Shown: positions 1 to 10,786, counted from the first letter of the stretch. The stretch: DNA of 64,000 nucleotides from an uncultured Candidatus Saccharibacteria bacterium (GCA_964412965.1 CAYPQU010000003.1:2788-66787); one strand, 5' to 3'. The notes: generated by a model not told the origin, from the letters alone. Program-made: numbers and translations.

Positions 1-1
1 A

Positions 2-370
2 GAGAAAGATATTAAAACCGCTGAAAAGCTGTTAGAAAAACACCTAAAGAAAGCTCAAGAAATTTCTGATATGGGGTCTCCTGAATTTAAAAATAAAATT
101 CAAAACAATATCCAATCCATATATTCTAATCAAAACAACTCAGAAAATTCAAAAATAAAAAAGACTGAAGAAAATAAAAACGAAACCAGAGCCAACAAAA
201 AAATCGATGGTAATTCTCAAAAAGATAAGGAAGAAAAATTGCTCGATGAACAAGAGCTCTTAGAAGCAGATAAAGAAATAGGAGCAGGCAACAACTCGCG
301 ATCTACCGATAAGCCAATAGAGGTTGGAAAAAAAGTAGAAAAGAATAATAATAAGAGTAATGACAGATAA
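2..370 (+). CDS. 5'-truncated hypothetical protein, charged low-complexity C-terminus
   Basis: Frame is open from position 2 (EKDIKTAEKLL...) to the stop at 370; K/E/N-rich; no recognisable motif. Confidence 0.6.
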   Translation, partial: EKDIKTAEKLLEKHLKKAQEISDMGSPEFKNKIQNNIQSIYSNQNNSENSKIKKTEENKNETRANKKIDGNSQKDKEEKLLDEQELLEADKEIGAGNNSRSTDKPIEVGKKVEKNNNKSNDR

Positions 371-447
371 GATGTGTAACAAGTATATCTTATCATCGTC
401 TACATAAGTGTCGGGGCCAAATTATTAGTTAATTAAAAAAAATAAAA

Positions 448-1104
448 ATGAGAATACCACTTATATTAGGAATCTTGATGTTTATATTTTCTTTCTCTAT
501 CACCAGCATCTCATATGCTGCTGGCAAAGACAAACCATTAAACAACCAAGAAAAAAGAACAGAAAATCGTCAGGTGCAAGCAGTTGGAACTGTAAGCATA
601 GAAGTAGAAGATGATTCTGATCTAGATGACAAAGAAGAAAAAGAAGTTAAAACCAAAGGAAACAAACCCACAGAAGACGAAGAATCTACAATTGGAGAAC
701 AAAGACGTAGCCAAGTTGCTAATGCTGTCCATCAAATGTTACAAGTAGCAGATCGAGTTGGAGGAATTGGTGAACAGGTCAGAGTCATTGCTCAATCACA
801 ACAACAGAACCATGAAGAAGTTGAAGCCAAACTAGAAAGAATTAAAGAAAGAAGCGGTTTTGCTAAATTCTTTATCGGTCCTAAGTATGATGAAATCGAA
901 AAAGCAAAAGATTTATTAGAGCAAGACAAAGATAAGATTAAAGACTTAGAAGATCTTAAGTCTGTTTTAACCAACGAAGAAGATAAAGTCAAGATCACAG
1001 AGCAAGTCGAGGTAATTAAAAAAGCCATGACTGAAGTTGAAAACATAATTGGGGAAGAACAAAAAGGATTTAGTTTGTTCGGATGGTTAGCAAAAGTATT
1101 CTAA
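448..1104 (+). CDS. secreted/membrane-anchored coiled-coil hypothetical protein
   Basis: N-terminal signal peptide (MRIPLILGILMFIFSFSITSISYAA), helical charged body, amphipathic C-terminus GFSLFGWLAKVF. Confidence 0.75.
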   Translation: MRIPLILGILMFIFSFSITSISYAAGKDKPLNNQEKRTENRQVQAVGTVSIEVEDDSDLDDKEEKEVKTKGNKPTEDEESTIGEQRRSQVANAVHQMLQVADRVGGIGEQVRVIAQSQQQNHEEVEAKLERIKERSGFAKFFIGPKYDEIEKAKDLLEQDKDKIKDLEDLKSVLTNEEDKVKITEQVEVIKKAMTEVENIIGEEQKGFSLFGWLAKVF

Positions 1105-1110
1105 GGTTTT

Positions 1111-1145
1111 AAATACCCCCTAGCTTAAAGCTCGGGGGTATTTTT
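1111..1145 (+). terminator. rho-independent terminator
   Basis: AAATACCCCC..GGGGGTATTTTT hairpin plus T-run after the ORF. Confidence 0.7.
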
Positions 1146-1247
1146 GTTTTTATCAACAAGCGACTCTCTGTTGCAAAAAAGAAAGCATGCTATAATTATA
1201 TCTAGAAGACAAAATGATCGACTCATCAAAATAACTATTTTAAAAAT

Positions 1248-1820
1248 ATGGCAAAAATAATAATTGTTCACTGCTGGGAAGGTAATCATGATGTAAATTG
1301 GTATCCTTGGGCCAAGGTCCAACTTGAAATGAAAGGACATGAAGTCATTGTTCCCAATATGCCAGATCCTAGTAACCCTACCATAGAAAAGTGGGTAACT
1401 GAATTAGCAAAAGTTGTGGGAATTCCTGACAATAACACATACTTAATTGGTCACTCTATTGGTTGCCAAACAATTCTTCGATATCTAGAAAGAATAAAAA
1501 TTCCGATTGGAGGAGCTCTATTTGTCGCTGGTTGGTTTTATTTAGAAAACATTGAGGATAATAAATCTTTGAAGATTGCTGAGCCTTGGTTAAAAACTCC
1601 TATAGACCTTGAAAGGGTTAGAGAGAATCTTCCAAAATCTGTCTTGATAATATCCAACAATGATCCGTATGGCGCTTTCGACAAGAACAAAAAAGAATTC
1701 GGCAAATTCTGTTCATACATCTATACCCTTCCTGAATCAGGTCATATCACCAATCCAGTCCAACCTTCGATAATCGCTCAATTCGAAAGACTCGTTCACA
1801 ACAACCTATACTTAGGCTAA
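1248..1820 (+). CDS. RBBP9/YdeN-family alpha/beta hydrolase
   Basis: IIVHCW, WYPW, GHSIG nucleophile elbow, NDPY, GH catalytic motifs. Confidence 0.85.
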   Translation: MAKIIIVHCWEGNHDVNWYPWAKVQLEMKGHEVIVPNMPDPSNPTIEKWVTELAKVVGIPDNNTYLIGHSIGCQTILRYLERIKIPIGGALFVAGWFYLENIEDNKSLKIAEPWLKTPIDLERVRENLPKSVLIISNNDPYGAFDKNKKEFGKFCSYIYTLPESGHITNPVQPSIIAQFERLVHNNLYLG

Positions 1821-1895
1821 AAAAATATCATTTAAATTTTAATGCCTTTTGTGGTATATTTTATGATATTAGAAATAAAAATATTTAATTAGATT

Positions 1896-3143
1896 ATGGT
1901 TAAAATCAAAACAATTCAAGCAAGAGAAATATTAGATTCCAGAGGCAATCCCACTGTCGAAGTTTTATTAAGCACTGACAAATATACGGTTGTTTCTTCT
2001 GTCCCCTCCGGAGCAAGTACAGGAATACACGAGGCCCTAGAGTTACGAGACGGTGACAAAGCTCGATATCGAGGTCTTGGAGTTTTAAATGCGGTCAAAA
2101 ATATCAATGACGAAATCACAAAAGAAGTTTCTGGAAAAGAATACACTCAAGAATCACTAGATAATTTTCTAATCAACCTAGACGCCACTCACAACAAATC
2201 CAGACTTGGTGCTAATGCGATCTTGGGAGTATCAATGGCTTTTGCAAAAGCCTCAGCCTTAGAGGAAGGTGTTCCGCTTTATAAATACCTAGGAAGCCTA
2301 GCCGGAAACACAAATTTTTCTTTCCCCTATCCTTCTTTAAATATCATCAACGGCGGACAGCATGCAGATAGCGGTCTCGATATTCAAGAATTCATGCTCA
2401 TCCCAACCGGATTTGATTCTTTTAAAGAAAAAATTCGCGTTGGTTCAGAAGTTATCTACGCTCTTCGAAGTATTTTGAAAGAAAGAGGCTACACTGTTAG
2501 TGTAGGAGACGAAGGTGGTTTTGCTCCGAAACTAAAGACCAACGAGGAAGCCCTAGAAGTAATGGTGGAAGCTATATTAAAAGCCGGATACACAACAGAC
2601 CAGGTCAAGATCGGCATGGACGCTGCATCTTCTAGTTTTTATGAAAATGGTAAATATAATTTAAAAATTAATGGTGAGCAGAAATCTCTTACAAGCGAAG
2701 AAATGGTTGCTTGGTACAAAGAGCTTACAGAGAAATATCCAATTATATCTATCGAGGACGGTTTGTCAGAAGACGACTGGGAAGGGTTCAATCTTCTAAC
2801 AAAAACTATTGGCGATAAAGTTACAATCGTTGGAGATGATCTTTTGGTGACAAACATCAAGAGAATCGAAATGGCAATCGAAAAGGAAGCTGTTAATTCT
2901 GTCTTAATCAAACTAAACCAGATCGGTTCTGTGACAGAGACTATTCAAGCTATCACAATGGCTCAAAAGAAAAGATGGAAACCTTTTGTCTCTCACCGTT
3001 CAGGAGAAACGACAGATACTTTTATTGCTGACTTAGCAGTCGGATTAGGATGTCCATTTATAAAGTCTGGTTCGCTCATGAGAGGAGAACGAGTTTGCAA
3101 ATACAATCGAATCATGGAAATAGAAAACGAACTTTCTAAATAA
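1896..3143 (+). CDS. eno: enolase
   Basis: DSRGNPTVE, PSGASTG, GDEGGFAP, SHRSGET motifs. Confidence 0.98.
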   Translation: MVKIKTIQAREILDSRGNPTVEVLLSTDKYTVVSSVPSGASTGIHEALELRDGDKARYRGLGVLNAVKNINDEITKEVSGKEYTQESLDNFLINLDATHNKSRLGANAILGVSMAFAKASALEEGVPLYKYLGSLAGNTNFSFPYPSLNIINGGQHADSGLDIQEFMLIPTGFDSFKEKIRVGSEVIYALRSILKERGYTVSVGDEGGFAPKLKTNEEALEVMVEAILKAGYTTDQVKIGMDAASSSFYENGKYNLKINGEQKSLTSEEMVAWYKELTEKYPIISIEDGLSEDDWEGFNLLTKTIGDKVTIVGDDLLVTNIKRIEMAIEKEAVNSVLIKLNQIGSVTETIQAITMAQKKRWKPFVSHRSGETTDTFIADLAVGLGCPFIKSGSLMRGERVCKYNRIMEIENELSK

Positions 3144-3166
3144 AAAGAAGAAAGAATTATCAAATC

Positions 3167-3204
3167 AGTAAAAGCCCTTCGTTTACAAGCGAGGGGCTTT
3201 TACT
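3167..3204 (+). terminator. rho-independent terminator of eno
   Basis: AGTAAAAGCCCTTCG..CGAGGGGCTTTTACT hairpin. Confidence 0.75.
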
Positions 3205-3205
3205 T

Positions 3206-3249
3206 AAACTGGTAAGCATTGTAATACGTATTACAATGCTTACCAGTTT
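3206..3249. repeat. perfect 44-bp palindrome (22-bp arms, no loop)
   Basis: AAACTGGTAAGCATTGTAATAC|GTATTACAATGCTTACCAGTTT. Confidence 0.95.
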
Positions 3250-3482
3250 GTTTACAAAATCCAGCTTACATGTTTCATGCGCGACAATTCACCCCAATTT
3301 ACAACTTATCACTTTTCCACACCTGTAGAAATTGATAAGTTGCTTATTCGTTAGTTTACGCTATGCCTTACTTAACACAGAATTTCCTCAAATTTTCCCT
3401 TTCCTTTTACCAAGAGGATAGTTTAGTAGGGATCGTGCCTATCCCCCTAGTCAATTAATAATTTTATTGTTAAAATATACAC

Positions 3483-4517
3483 ATGCAAACAATGTCAGCT
3501 GAAAAATATTTTTTATTTATTTTATTACTACTTACTATCGTTCTTACAGTATTAATTTTTTCTCCATTTCTATCAGTGCTTATATTAACCGTCGCTTTTG
3601 CAGTTGCACTAAACCCTACTTATCTTTGGATTAAAAGACGAATAACTAGAAATATTTCTTGGCTGGCCTCTGTTTTAACTATTTTAGTCTTTTTAATATG
3701 TCTTTGTACTCCTTTGTTTTTTGTGGGTAAAACAGTTTTTAATCAAGCCCAGGATATATATATGAATATTGCTACTTCTGAACATACTGGCACCTGGATA
3801 AATAATATAAACCAAAAAATAAATGATTATTTACCAAGCGGTTTTGATTTTGATCTACAAGACAAAATAGTGGACTTGTTTACTGTTCTAACCAACAGCG
3901 TAGGCACATTGTTCTCTACTACCCTAAATTCAGTCTTAATGTTTACACTAATGGTCTTCGCTTTGTTTTATTTGTTTAAAGACGGAGAAAAGTGGGAAAA
4001 AGATTTTACTAAAATATTACCACTGTCAGACAAAAACTCTTCTCAAATAATCAATGACCTTAAGGCTTCAATAAACAGAGTGTTTAAGGGGTCTTTCATT
4101 ATAGCTTTAGCTCAAGGATTTTTGGCTTGGGTTGGATTTACCGTGTTTGGAGTTCCTCATGCTATTATCTGGGCTATTGTGGCTAGCATTGCATCTTTTA
4201 TTCCAACCATTGGTACTTCAGTTGTCTCAGTTCCAGCAATGATATTTTTGTTCGTTTCAGGTATGGAGCTTCAGGCTCTAGGTTTACTCATTTGGTCAGT
4301 ATTGCTAATTAGTACAATAGATAACATATTAAATCCTTACATCATATCTAAAAACACCGAAATACCTTCAATTTTTATGTTGTTTTCAATATTAGGTGGA
4401 GTGGCATTGTTTGGAGCCATTGGTATAGTTGCTGGACCTTTGATTATAAGTCTTTTGTATAGCCTGGTTTCTATTTACAAAAGAGAAATGATGAGTGTTC
4501 CTATTGAAAAAAACTAG
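3483..4517 (+). CDS. AI-2E family transporter
   Basis: Multi-TM protein with ASFIPTIGT and IDNILNPYII motifs. Confidence 0.9.
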   Translation: MQTMSAEKYFLFILLLLTIVLTVLIFSPFLSVLILTVAFAVALNPTYLWIKRRITRNISWLASVLTILVFLICLCTPLFFVGKTVFNQAQDIYMNIATSEHTGTWINNINQKINDYLPSGFDFDLQDKIVDLFTVLTNSVGTLFSTTLNSVLMFTLMVFALFYLFKDGEKWEKDFTKILPLSDKNSSQIINDLKASINRVFKGSFIIALAQGFLAWVGFTVFGVPHAIIWAIVASIASFIPTIGTSVVSVPAMIFLFVSGMELQALGLLIWSVLLISTIDNILNPYIISKNTEIPSIFMLFSILGGVALFGAIGIVAGPLIISLLYSLVSIYKREMMSVPIEKN

Positions 4518-5566
4518 TTTTCTTTTTTCAATATTTTAATCAGAGCTAGCTCTAGTGGTAATTCTGCTATAGAAGAATTTTGAATCATTTGATAAGCATC
4601 AAGTAAAATATTTAAACTTTCTGATGAAATATTATCAGGTTTGTCTTTTGTTAATTCCTCTAAATATCTCAAATCTTCTGATGACATATCTTCCGCTAAC
4701 TTTTTTTTCATCTCTGGTAGATATTTTAAAATTAAAGCATATCTCATTTTATACAATATCATTTTGGTGTACACATGAATATCTATATTTTGTTTAACCG
4801 CTTTAGCTATCGATTCTATACCCAAAATTAGATTGTCGTGTGCGACAGCTTCAACAAAATCATTGACCAAATTTCTATTAGGGGCTCCTGTCACTTCTTC
4901 TATTTCTCTCAGACTGATTATTTTATTTTTTGAAAAAGAAATAACTTTTTGTAATATTCCAAGTGCATCACGAAAAGCTCCTTCTGCTAAAATAGCTATC
5001 AAGTCTGCTCCACCATCTTCCAACTTATATCCTTCTTTTTTGCCCACATTTTCTATCACCTGAGACAGTATCTCATCGGTTGGTTTTTTAAACATAAAAG
5101 TCTGACAGCGAGAAACAATTGTCTCTGGGACTTTTTCTAATTCTGTAGTAGCTAGGATAAAAATTACATATCTGGGAGGTTCCTCTATCGTCTTTAGGAG
5201 TGCGTTCCAAGCATCCTTAGAAAACATGTGGACCTCGTCCAATATATATATTTTATACTTTGAATCAAAAGGCAGGGATTGAACACTTTTTTTAATATCT
5301 CGAACATCATCTATTCCTCTGTTGCTTGCCGCGTCCATTTCATATATATCGTTAGGAGAGACTTCCAACTCATGAGCTATTATGCGAGCAATTGTTGTTT
5401 TACCAGTCCCGCGAGGCCCGCACAATAAATAAGCGTGCGACATTTTATCATTTTTAAGAGACCCGGATATTGCTTTTACGATATGATCTTGCCCAACAAC
5501 TTCATCCCATTTTGAAGGACGATATTTTCTATACAAAGCAATATTTTGGTCTTTTTCTTTTGACAT
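4514..5566 (-). CDS. dnaX: DNA polymerase III subunit gamma/tau (short form)
   Basis: ALYRKYRP, GPRGTGKTT, DAASNRG, DEVHM, SRC motifs. Confidence 0.96.
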   Translation of the reverse strand: MSKEKDQNIALYRKYRPSKWDEVVGQDHIVKAISGSLKNDKMSHAYLLCGPRGTGKTTIARIIAHELEVSPNDIYEMDAASNRGIDDVRDIKKSVQSLPFDSKYKIYILDEVHMFSKDAWNALLKTIEEPPRYVIFILATTELEKVPETIVSRCQTFMFKKPTDEILSQVIENVGKKEGYKLEDGGADLIAILAEGAFRDALGILQKVISFSKNKIISLREIEEVTGAPNRNLVNDFVEAVAHDNLILGIESIAKAVKQNIDIHVYTKMILYKMRYALILKYLPEMKKKLAEDMSSEDLRYLEELTKDKPDNISSESLNILLDAYQMIQNSSIAELPLELALIKILKKEN

Positions 5567-5655
5567 AGTTTGATTATACCAAAAATTAAAAATAAATATT
5601 ACCCTTGATTTTTATAGATAAATATGCTATAATTCTACAAAACAAATTAAATATT

Positions 5656-6084
5656 ATGACAGGAATCAGACAATGGGCACTAATAGTGTTTTTTTATGCA
5701 CTACTCGCCTTACACTTATTAATCCAGAAATGGATGGATTATTATACTGAATACAAAAAACTAGAAATCGGTAATTATGTCGCATGGGATAGGCAGTTAA
5801 TGTTTATTTCTCTGTCGTTAGTGATGATATTTATTCTTGTCATTGCGATAAGTTCCCTACTCGCCTTTATATTGAATAAACATCACTGTAATGTGGAGTT
5901 TTCCGCAATGATAGGGTGCATTATTGGGGCAATGTTGGGTGGATGGATTATGTTATTTCTAGTAATTTTTGGACAGGATGTCATTGGAATTAGGTTAGTT
6001 CTAATTGCCATCACGACAGGATCCATGATAGGTATTTATGGCGGAGTAAAATCCGAAATTGAAGACGATGAGAGGGTTTGTTGA
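5656..6084 (+). CDS. small integral membrane protein
   Basis: About four hydrophobic segments with GxxxG repeats; start chosen at ATG 5656. Confidence 0.65.
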   Translation: MTGIRQWALIVFFYALLALHLLIQKWMDYYTEYKKLEIGNYVAWDRQLMFISLSLVMIFILVIAISSLLAFILNKHHCNVEFSAMIGCIIGAMLGGWIMLFLVIFGQDVIGIRLVLIAITTGSMIGIYGGVKSEIEDDERVC

Positions 6085-6104
6085 TTACAACAAACCCTCT
6101 TTTT

Positions 6105-7094
6105 TTATTTATTATTTTTCAAGAAATTTTTAATGATTCTTTCAACTTCTTTCGAATTTTTTGTTTCCATTAATTTAATTCTCAATTCTTTAGCCCCATC
6201 AAAACCGTTCACATAAGCTTTGTAGTGTTTTTTCATAACATCAAAATTCTTAACCTCGCCCAATTCCTTCTCGAAAAGTTTAGTGTGTTCCACAAGAGCA
6301 TTAAGTTTTTCTTCAGTACTTATCTCCTCTTTCCCTTCGTCAAAGAACCAAGGATTACCGAAAATCCCCCTTCCGATCATTATCCCGTCACAACCATATT
6401 TTTCTATCTTTTCTTTTGCATCATTAATGTCTTTAACATCACCATTTCCAATAAGCAGAATATCTTTCTTGCTTGCTTTGATCATTTTCTTAATTTTTGG
6501 AATATATTTCCAATTTGCAGGAACTTTTGACATTTCTTTTTTGGTTCGAAGATGAATAGTTAGTGCTGATATATTTTCTTTAATCAACTCTCCGATCCAG
6601 TTATCTATTTCTTCTTTATTGAAACCGATTCTAGTTTTGACAGAAACAGGAATATTTTTGCCAGCAATTTTTACTCCTTCTTGTGCAGCTCGTATAATTT
6701 TTCGAGCTAGTTCTGGATTTTTTATCAAAGCAGAACCCGCACCTTGAGCCACAACTGATTTATCTGGACAACCCATATTTATATCAATACCATCAAAATC
6801 AAGGCTCGCTATGTATTGGCAAGCTTTTTTCATGTTTTCTGGATTAGCTCCAAATACCTGAGCAACGATAGGTCTTTCCCCTTCCTTATATCTTAAAATG
6901 TGTGAAAGCTTTTTTCTAGCATGTTTATCACAAAGACCATCAGCTGCCACAAATTCAGTCCAAAAAATTACATTATTTTTATTTTCTCTATTCTTGCTAT
7001 ATTTAGAAATCATCGTTCGAAAAGCGATGTCTGTTACATCCGACATTGGAGCAAGGCAGAAGAATGGTTTGTTTAAATTATTCCAAAAATTCAT
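6105..7094 (-). CDS. dus: tRNA-dihydrouridine synthase
   Basis: LAPMSDVTD, DINMGCP, SVKTRIG, GNGDV, MIGRG motifs. Confidence 0.93.
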   Translation of the reverse strand: MNFWNNLNKPFFCLAPMSDVTDIAFRTMISKYSKNRENKNNVIFWTEFVAADGLCDKHARKKLSHILRYKEGERPIVAQVFGANPENMKKACQYIASLDFDGIDINMGCPDKSVVAQGAGSALIKNPELARKIIRAAQEGVKIAGKNIPVSVKTRIGFNKEEIDNWIGELIKENISALTIHLRTKKEMSKVPANWKYIPKIKKMIKASKKDILLIGNGDVKDINDAKEKIEKYGCDGIMIGRGIFGNPWFFDEGKEEISTEEKLNALVEHTKLFEKELGEVKNFDVMKKHYKAYVNGFDGAKELRIKLMETKNSKEVERIIKNFLKNNK

Positions 7095-7119
7095 AAAATT
7101 ATAATATCATGTTTCTCCA

Positions 7120-7395
7120 AAATAGTCCTGCCCTGTAGTGTGCTTTGCTCTACTGCCGGGATTATCCCCAATTACCTAGGCAAGACCTCGTTCGATGCCT
7201 TACCTAGTACGCAAAAATTTTTACCCACTCTACGCTATAGTGTTGAGTGGATAAAAAGCAAAATCCCATCTTGGTAGTAGTTTTAGAAATTAAATTTACA
7301 TATTTATACGCGTTCGCTTATAAATATGTAAGACATCCTTTCCCCTAGGTCAGACCTAGGGGAAATTCTATTCGTGTCATTCGTGTACATTCACC
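7120..7395. repeat. intergenic cluster of palindromic/REP-like elements
   Basis: CTACTGCC-GGGATT..AATCCC-GGTAGTAG long-range pairing; TTACATATTTATA..TATAAATATGTAA (7296-7331); TTTCCCCTAGGTCAGACCTAGGGGAAA; CTAGGCAAGACCTCG shared with the element at 32179. Confidence 0.7.
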
Positions 7396-7516
7396 CCCCC
7401 CCCGACACCTACCTCTTTAATGTAATTTCATTACGCATCCTTAATGCTTTAAAAAGTTGGGTGGAGATTCATAGATTTGCATCGTGTTTGATTTCTATTT
7501 GTATCGAGTTTGAAAT

Positions 7517-8380
7517 CTATCTAAACTTATACAAAATTTTATTTTTAAACCTTAAATCTATATAATCGAGAGTGCCATACTTGGACATTAATTCATTAAA
7601 AAATTCATCTTTTTTCATTGCTAAGGTTAAATTATCTAGTAAAACCTCTAGATTGTCCTCATTTTTAAAAATTATTCTAGGATTTAAGCTGTTGTTTTTT
7701 TCTTCCAAATATAAATTGTTAATACCATCACTTCCCTGTTCAAAATAAACCGTTTTTAACCCTATTTTATTTATCTTGTTGAAAAAATATGCGAGCTCGT
7801 GAAAACGTGCTGTCTCCAAAACCTTTTTACCTAATGGATCAATACCTGATAGCTGAGGAACATAAAACTTGAAATAAATATCTCCTGAAAAATAAGGCGC
7901 TTCGTCAAAGATTAGACCTTCGTCATTTAAAAAATAACAATTATCTCCTAGCTCTGATTTATTTTCTGGAATTCTGTCACCACAATAAAGATATTCACCT
8001 CTTCTTTCTTCTATAGATATTTCTAATTCATTTAAACCATTTAGTCCTATTGATAGTTTTTCAATTCTAGGAAAATTTTTCAATAACGACTCCTCTATTT
8101 CACTTTTTGGATAGATAAAAGTATTATTTCTAGCAAATAAATAGAAAAATTTTCCAGATAATTCATTTTTAGCAATTTCGATAATTTCTTCTTCCCCTAA
8201 AACGTAAGCCCCTATCACTTTTATTTTATTTATTACTATGTGTTTTTCTCTGGATAAGCATGAAAAGGCAAAAACCAGTCCAACCAATATGATAATGGAA
8301 AAAATCGACATCTTTATTATTTTTTTATGTCGTTTTTTTCTAATCTCTATTATTCTTGGAGATTTTGGAATATCCCTCAT
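7517..8380 (-). CDS. FtsQ/DivIB-like cell division protein
   Basis: Basic N-terminus, single TM, POTRA-like region, C-terminal YIDLRF motif. Confidence 0.75.
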   Translation of the reverse strand: MRDIPKSPRIIEIRKKRHKKIIKMSIFSIIILVGLVFAFSCLSREKHIVINKIKVIGAYVLGEEEIIEIAKNELSGKFFYLFARNNTFIYPKSEIEESLLKNFPRIEKLSIGLNGLNELEISIEERRGEYLYCGDRIPENKSELGDNCYFLNDEGLIFDEAPYFSGDIYFKFYVPQLSGIDPLGKKVLETARFHELAYFFNKINKIGLKTVYFEQGSDGINNLYLEEKNNSLNPRIIFKNEDNLEVLLDNLTLAMKKDEFFNELMSKYGTLDYIDLRFKNKILYKFR

Positions 8381-8386
8381 TTTTTC

Positions 8387-9649
8387 CTAAGAAATTACTT
8401 CTTTACCAAAATATTTTTGCAAAACAGACGGGATTTTAATACTTCCATCTGCTTGTTGAAAATTCTCTACCAACGAAACAAGTATTCTAGGAGTTGGAAT
8501 GGCTGTACAATTTAAAGAATGGGCATATTTCATCTTGCCTTCTTCGTCTCTGTAACGAATATTCATTCTTCGAGTTTGAAAATCATGGAAATAAGAAGCA
8601 GACGATATTTCTCTGTATTTATTTTCTTTTGGCACCCACAACTCTATATCGTATTTCTTTACTTGCCCCATTCCCAAGTCCGCACCACAATTAGCTACGG
8701 TATGATAAGGGATTCCTAGTGTTTCTATAAATTCTTCAGTGTTGCGGTTAATTTCTTCATGGAATGCTACACTGTCACTGTGAGAAGCCTTGCAAAGTAC
8801 TACTTGTTCCCATTTATAAAATTCGTGTACCCTAATTAATCCCTTCACATCTTTTGAGTGACTTCCTGCTTCTCGGCGATAACAAGGTGAAAATCCTAAA
8901 TATTTTTTAGGTAATTCTTCTGCGTTTAAAATTTCATCTTGGTGCAATCCCATCAATGGCACTTCAGCAGTCCCTGTAAGGAAATCTCCATCTTGAGTTT
9001 TGTACAAATCTTCTTCCCCTTGTGGAATATAACCTGTCCCCATGAAAGTTTCTCGTCGAATTATGACAGGAGGGAGAACTGGGATAAAACCCTTATTAGA
9101 GAAAAATTCCAAAGCATGATTCCAGATAGCCATAGAGAGCTTCACCCCCTCGCCAGTGAGAAAATATCCCCTGAAGCCGTGAACCTTTATTCCTCGGTCA
9201 AAATCTACCATTTTATGAGCCATCATTAGATCGATATGATCTTTTGGTTCGAAATCAAAATTGGTCTTTTCTCCCCAAGTTTTTACTTCTGTGTTATCAG
9301 CATCGGAATCTCCTTCTGGAACAGAAATATCGGGAATGTTGGGAACTTCAAGCATCAATTTTTGCCATTCAATCATAATCTCTCGAAGCTCATCTTCTTT
9401 TTGCTTTAAATCATCTTTAACCAAACGCATTTCTTCGATTAGCTGTTTTCTTTCTACGTCAGTCAAAGTACCCCCCATCGAGACACTAACTTTATTTTGT
9501 TCACCTCTTAATGATTCCACTTGAGACAAAAGCGACAGTCTTTTTTCATCCACCGCTAAAAGCTTTTCAATGTCGACTTCGACATGTTTCTTTTTAGCTC
9601 CTTCTTTAACTATTTCTTTGTTTTCTCGTATAAATTTTATATCTAACAT
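8387..9649 (-). CDS. serS: serine--tRNA ligase
   Basis: MLDIKFIREN start, TAEVP, YRREAG, GLIRVHEF, EISS motifs. Confidence 0.97.
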   Translation of the reverse strand: MLDIKFIRENKEIVKEGAKKKHVEVDIEKLLAVDEKRLSLLSQVESLRGEQNKVSVSMGGTLTDVERKQLIEEMRLVKDDLKQKEDELREIMIEWQKLMLEVPNIPDISVPEGDSDADNTEVKTWGEKTNFDFEPKDHIDLMMAHKMVDFDRGIKVHGFRGYFLTGEGVKLSMAIWNHALEFFSNKGFIPVLPPVIIRRETFMGTGYIPQGEEDLYKTQDGDFLTGTAEVPLMGLHQDEILNAEELPKKYLGFSPCYRREAGSHSKDVKGLIRVHEFYKWEQVVLCKASHSDSVAFHEEINRNTEEFIETLGIPYHTVANCGADLGMGQVKKYDIELWVPKENKYREISSASYFHDFQTRRMNIRYRDEEGKMKYAHSLNCTAIPTPRILVSLVENFQQADGSIKIPSVLQKYFGKEVIS

Positions 9650-9788
9650 AGTAAGCATATTATAACCCTTAAACGGGGTTTTTACAAAATATTACAATAA
9701 ATGTTTAGGATGTTTTTGAATACGACATTCTTCTTGTGTCCAAAAGTGGTATAATATAAATACACAATATAAACAAACCAAGTTCTCT

Positions 9789-9900
9789 AGTCATCAAAAA
9801 CAATCTTCTTTTAGAGACTAGCGAGTGCGGCGGCACGAGCTCGAGGAATTTTTCAGCAGAAAAATATCCGTGCTCTAAAAGAAGATTATTTTTGATGACT
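9789..9900. repeat. structured intergenic element: 28-bp inverted arms around a conserved core
   Basis: Arms 9789-9816 and 9873-9900 (1 mismatch); core 9836-9873 is identical to 43329-43366. Confidence 0.85.
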
Positions 9901-9925
9901 TTTATATGTTTAAACATTTTATTTT

Positions 9926-10786
9926 ATGGATATTATCAAATTAAAACCTAGCGAATTTCCTCCTCAATTATTAGAAATTCCACAGCCCCCAAAAAGCTTG
10001 TATCTTAGGGGCAAGTTACCGGATCTTGATTTAAAATACCTCGCAGTGGTGGGTTCTCGTAATTACACTTCTTATGGTAAAGACATTTGTGAAAAATTAA
10101 TAAAAGGACTAAGGGGTTATCCTGTCGTAATTGTCTCGGGTCTAGCTTTAGGTATAGATAGCATAGCTCACAAAACGGCACTTAGTGTTGGATTAAAAAC
10201 TATTGCCTTCCCAGGATCGGGACTAAGCGATAAAGCAATATACCCAAAAACAAATATTTTTCTCGCCAAAGAAATTATTGAAAATGGGGGTTGTTTAATT
10301 TCTGAATTTGAACCAAATTTTATTTCTACCCTGTATTCTTTTCCACAAAGAAACAGGTTAATGGCAGGTATGTGTAGGGCAGTCTTAATAATTGAAGCCG
10401 AGGAAAAATCAGGAACACTCATAACAGCTAGACTAGCGCTTGATTACAACAAAGATGTTTTGGCCGTCCCTGGGTCAGCTTTTTCTTCTAATTCAATTGG
10501 TACAAACTGGCTCATCAAACAAGGTGCCACACCAATAACTTGTAGTGAAGATATACTCGAAGCTCTTGGTTTTACGGTAGAAAAACCAAGGCTTAGCGAC
10601 GAAGAGAAATATGCCGACTGTAGCAAGGAAGAAATAATGGTTATCAACTTATTGCGAGAGCCTAGAGAAAGAGACGACTTAATTCGTGAAATGAAAATGG
10701 ACATTGCCGAAGCCAATGCCCTACTTTCAATCATGGAACTCAAAGAATTAATAAAAGAAGAATTAAGCGAAATCCGAAAAATTTAA
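9926..10786 (+). CDS. dprA: DNA-processing protein DprA
   Basis: AVVGSR, VSGLALGID, FPQRNR, SGTLITA motifs; upstream of topA. Confidence 0.95.
   Translation: MDIIKLKPSEFPPQLLEIPQPPKSLYLRGKLPDLDLKYLAVVGSRNYTSYGKDICEKLIKGLRGYPVVIVSGLALGIDSIAHKTALSVGLKTIAFPGSGLSDKAIYPKTNIFLAKEIIENGGCLISEFEPNFISTLYSFPQRNRLMAGMCRAVLIIEAEEKSGTLITARLALDYNKDVLAVPGSAFSSNSIGTNWLIKQGATPITCSEDILEALGFTVEKPRLSDEEKYADCSKEEIMVINLLREPRERDDLIREMKMDIAEANALLSIMELKELIKEELSEIRKI

Noticed and set aside
3280-3345. oriC candidate from DnaA-box-like words
   Set aside because: Only degenerate matches (TTTTCCACA), no dnaA/dnaN nearby and no clear box cluster
7120-7290. RNase P, SRP or tmRNA gene
   Set aside because: Lacks the GAGGAAAGTCC, SRP GGAA-loop domain and tRNA-like end signatures
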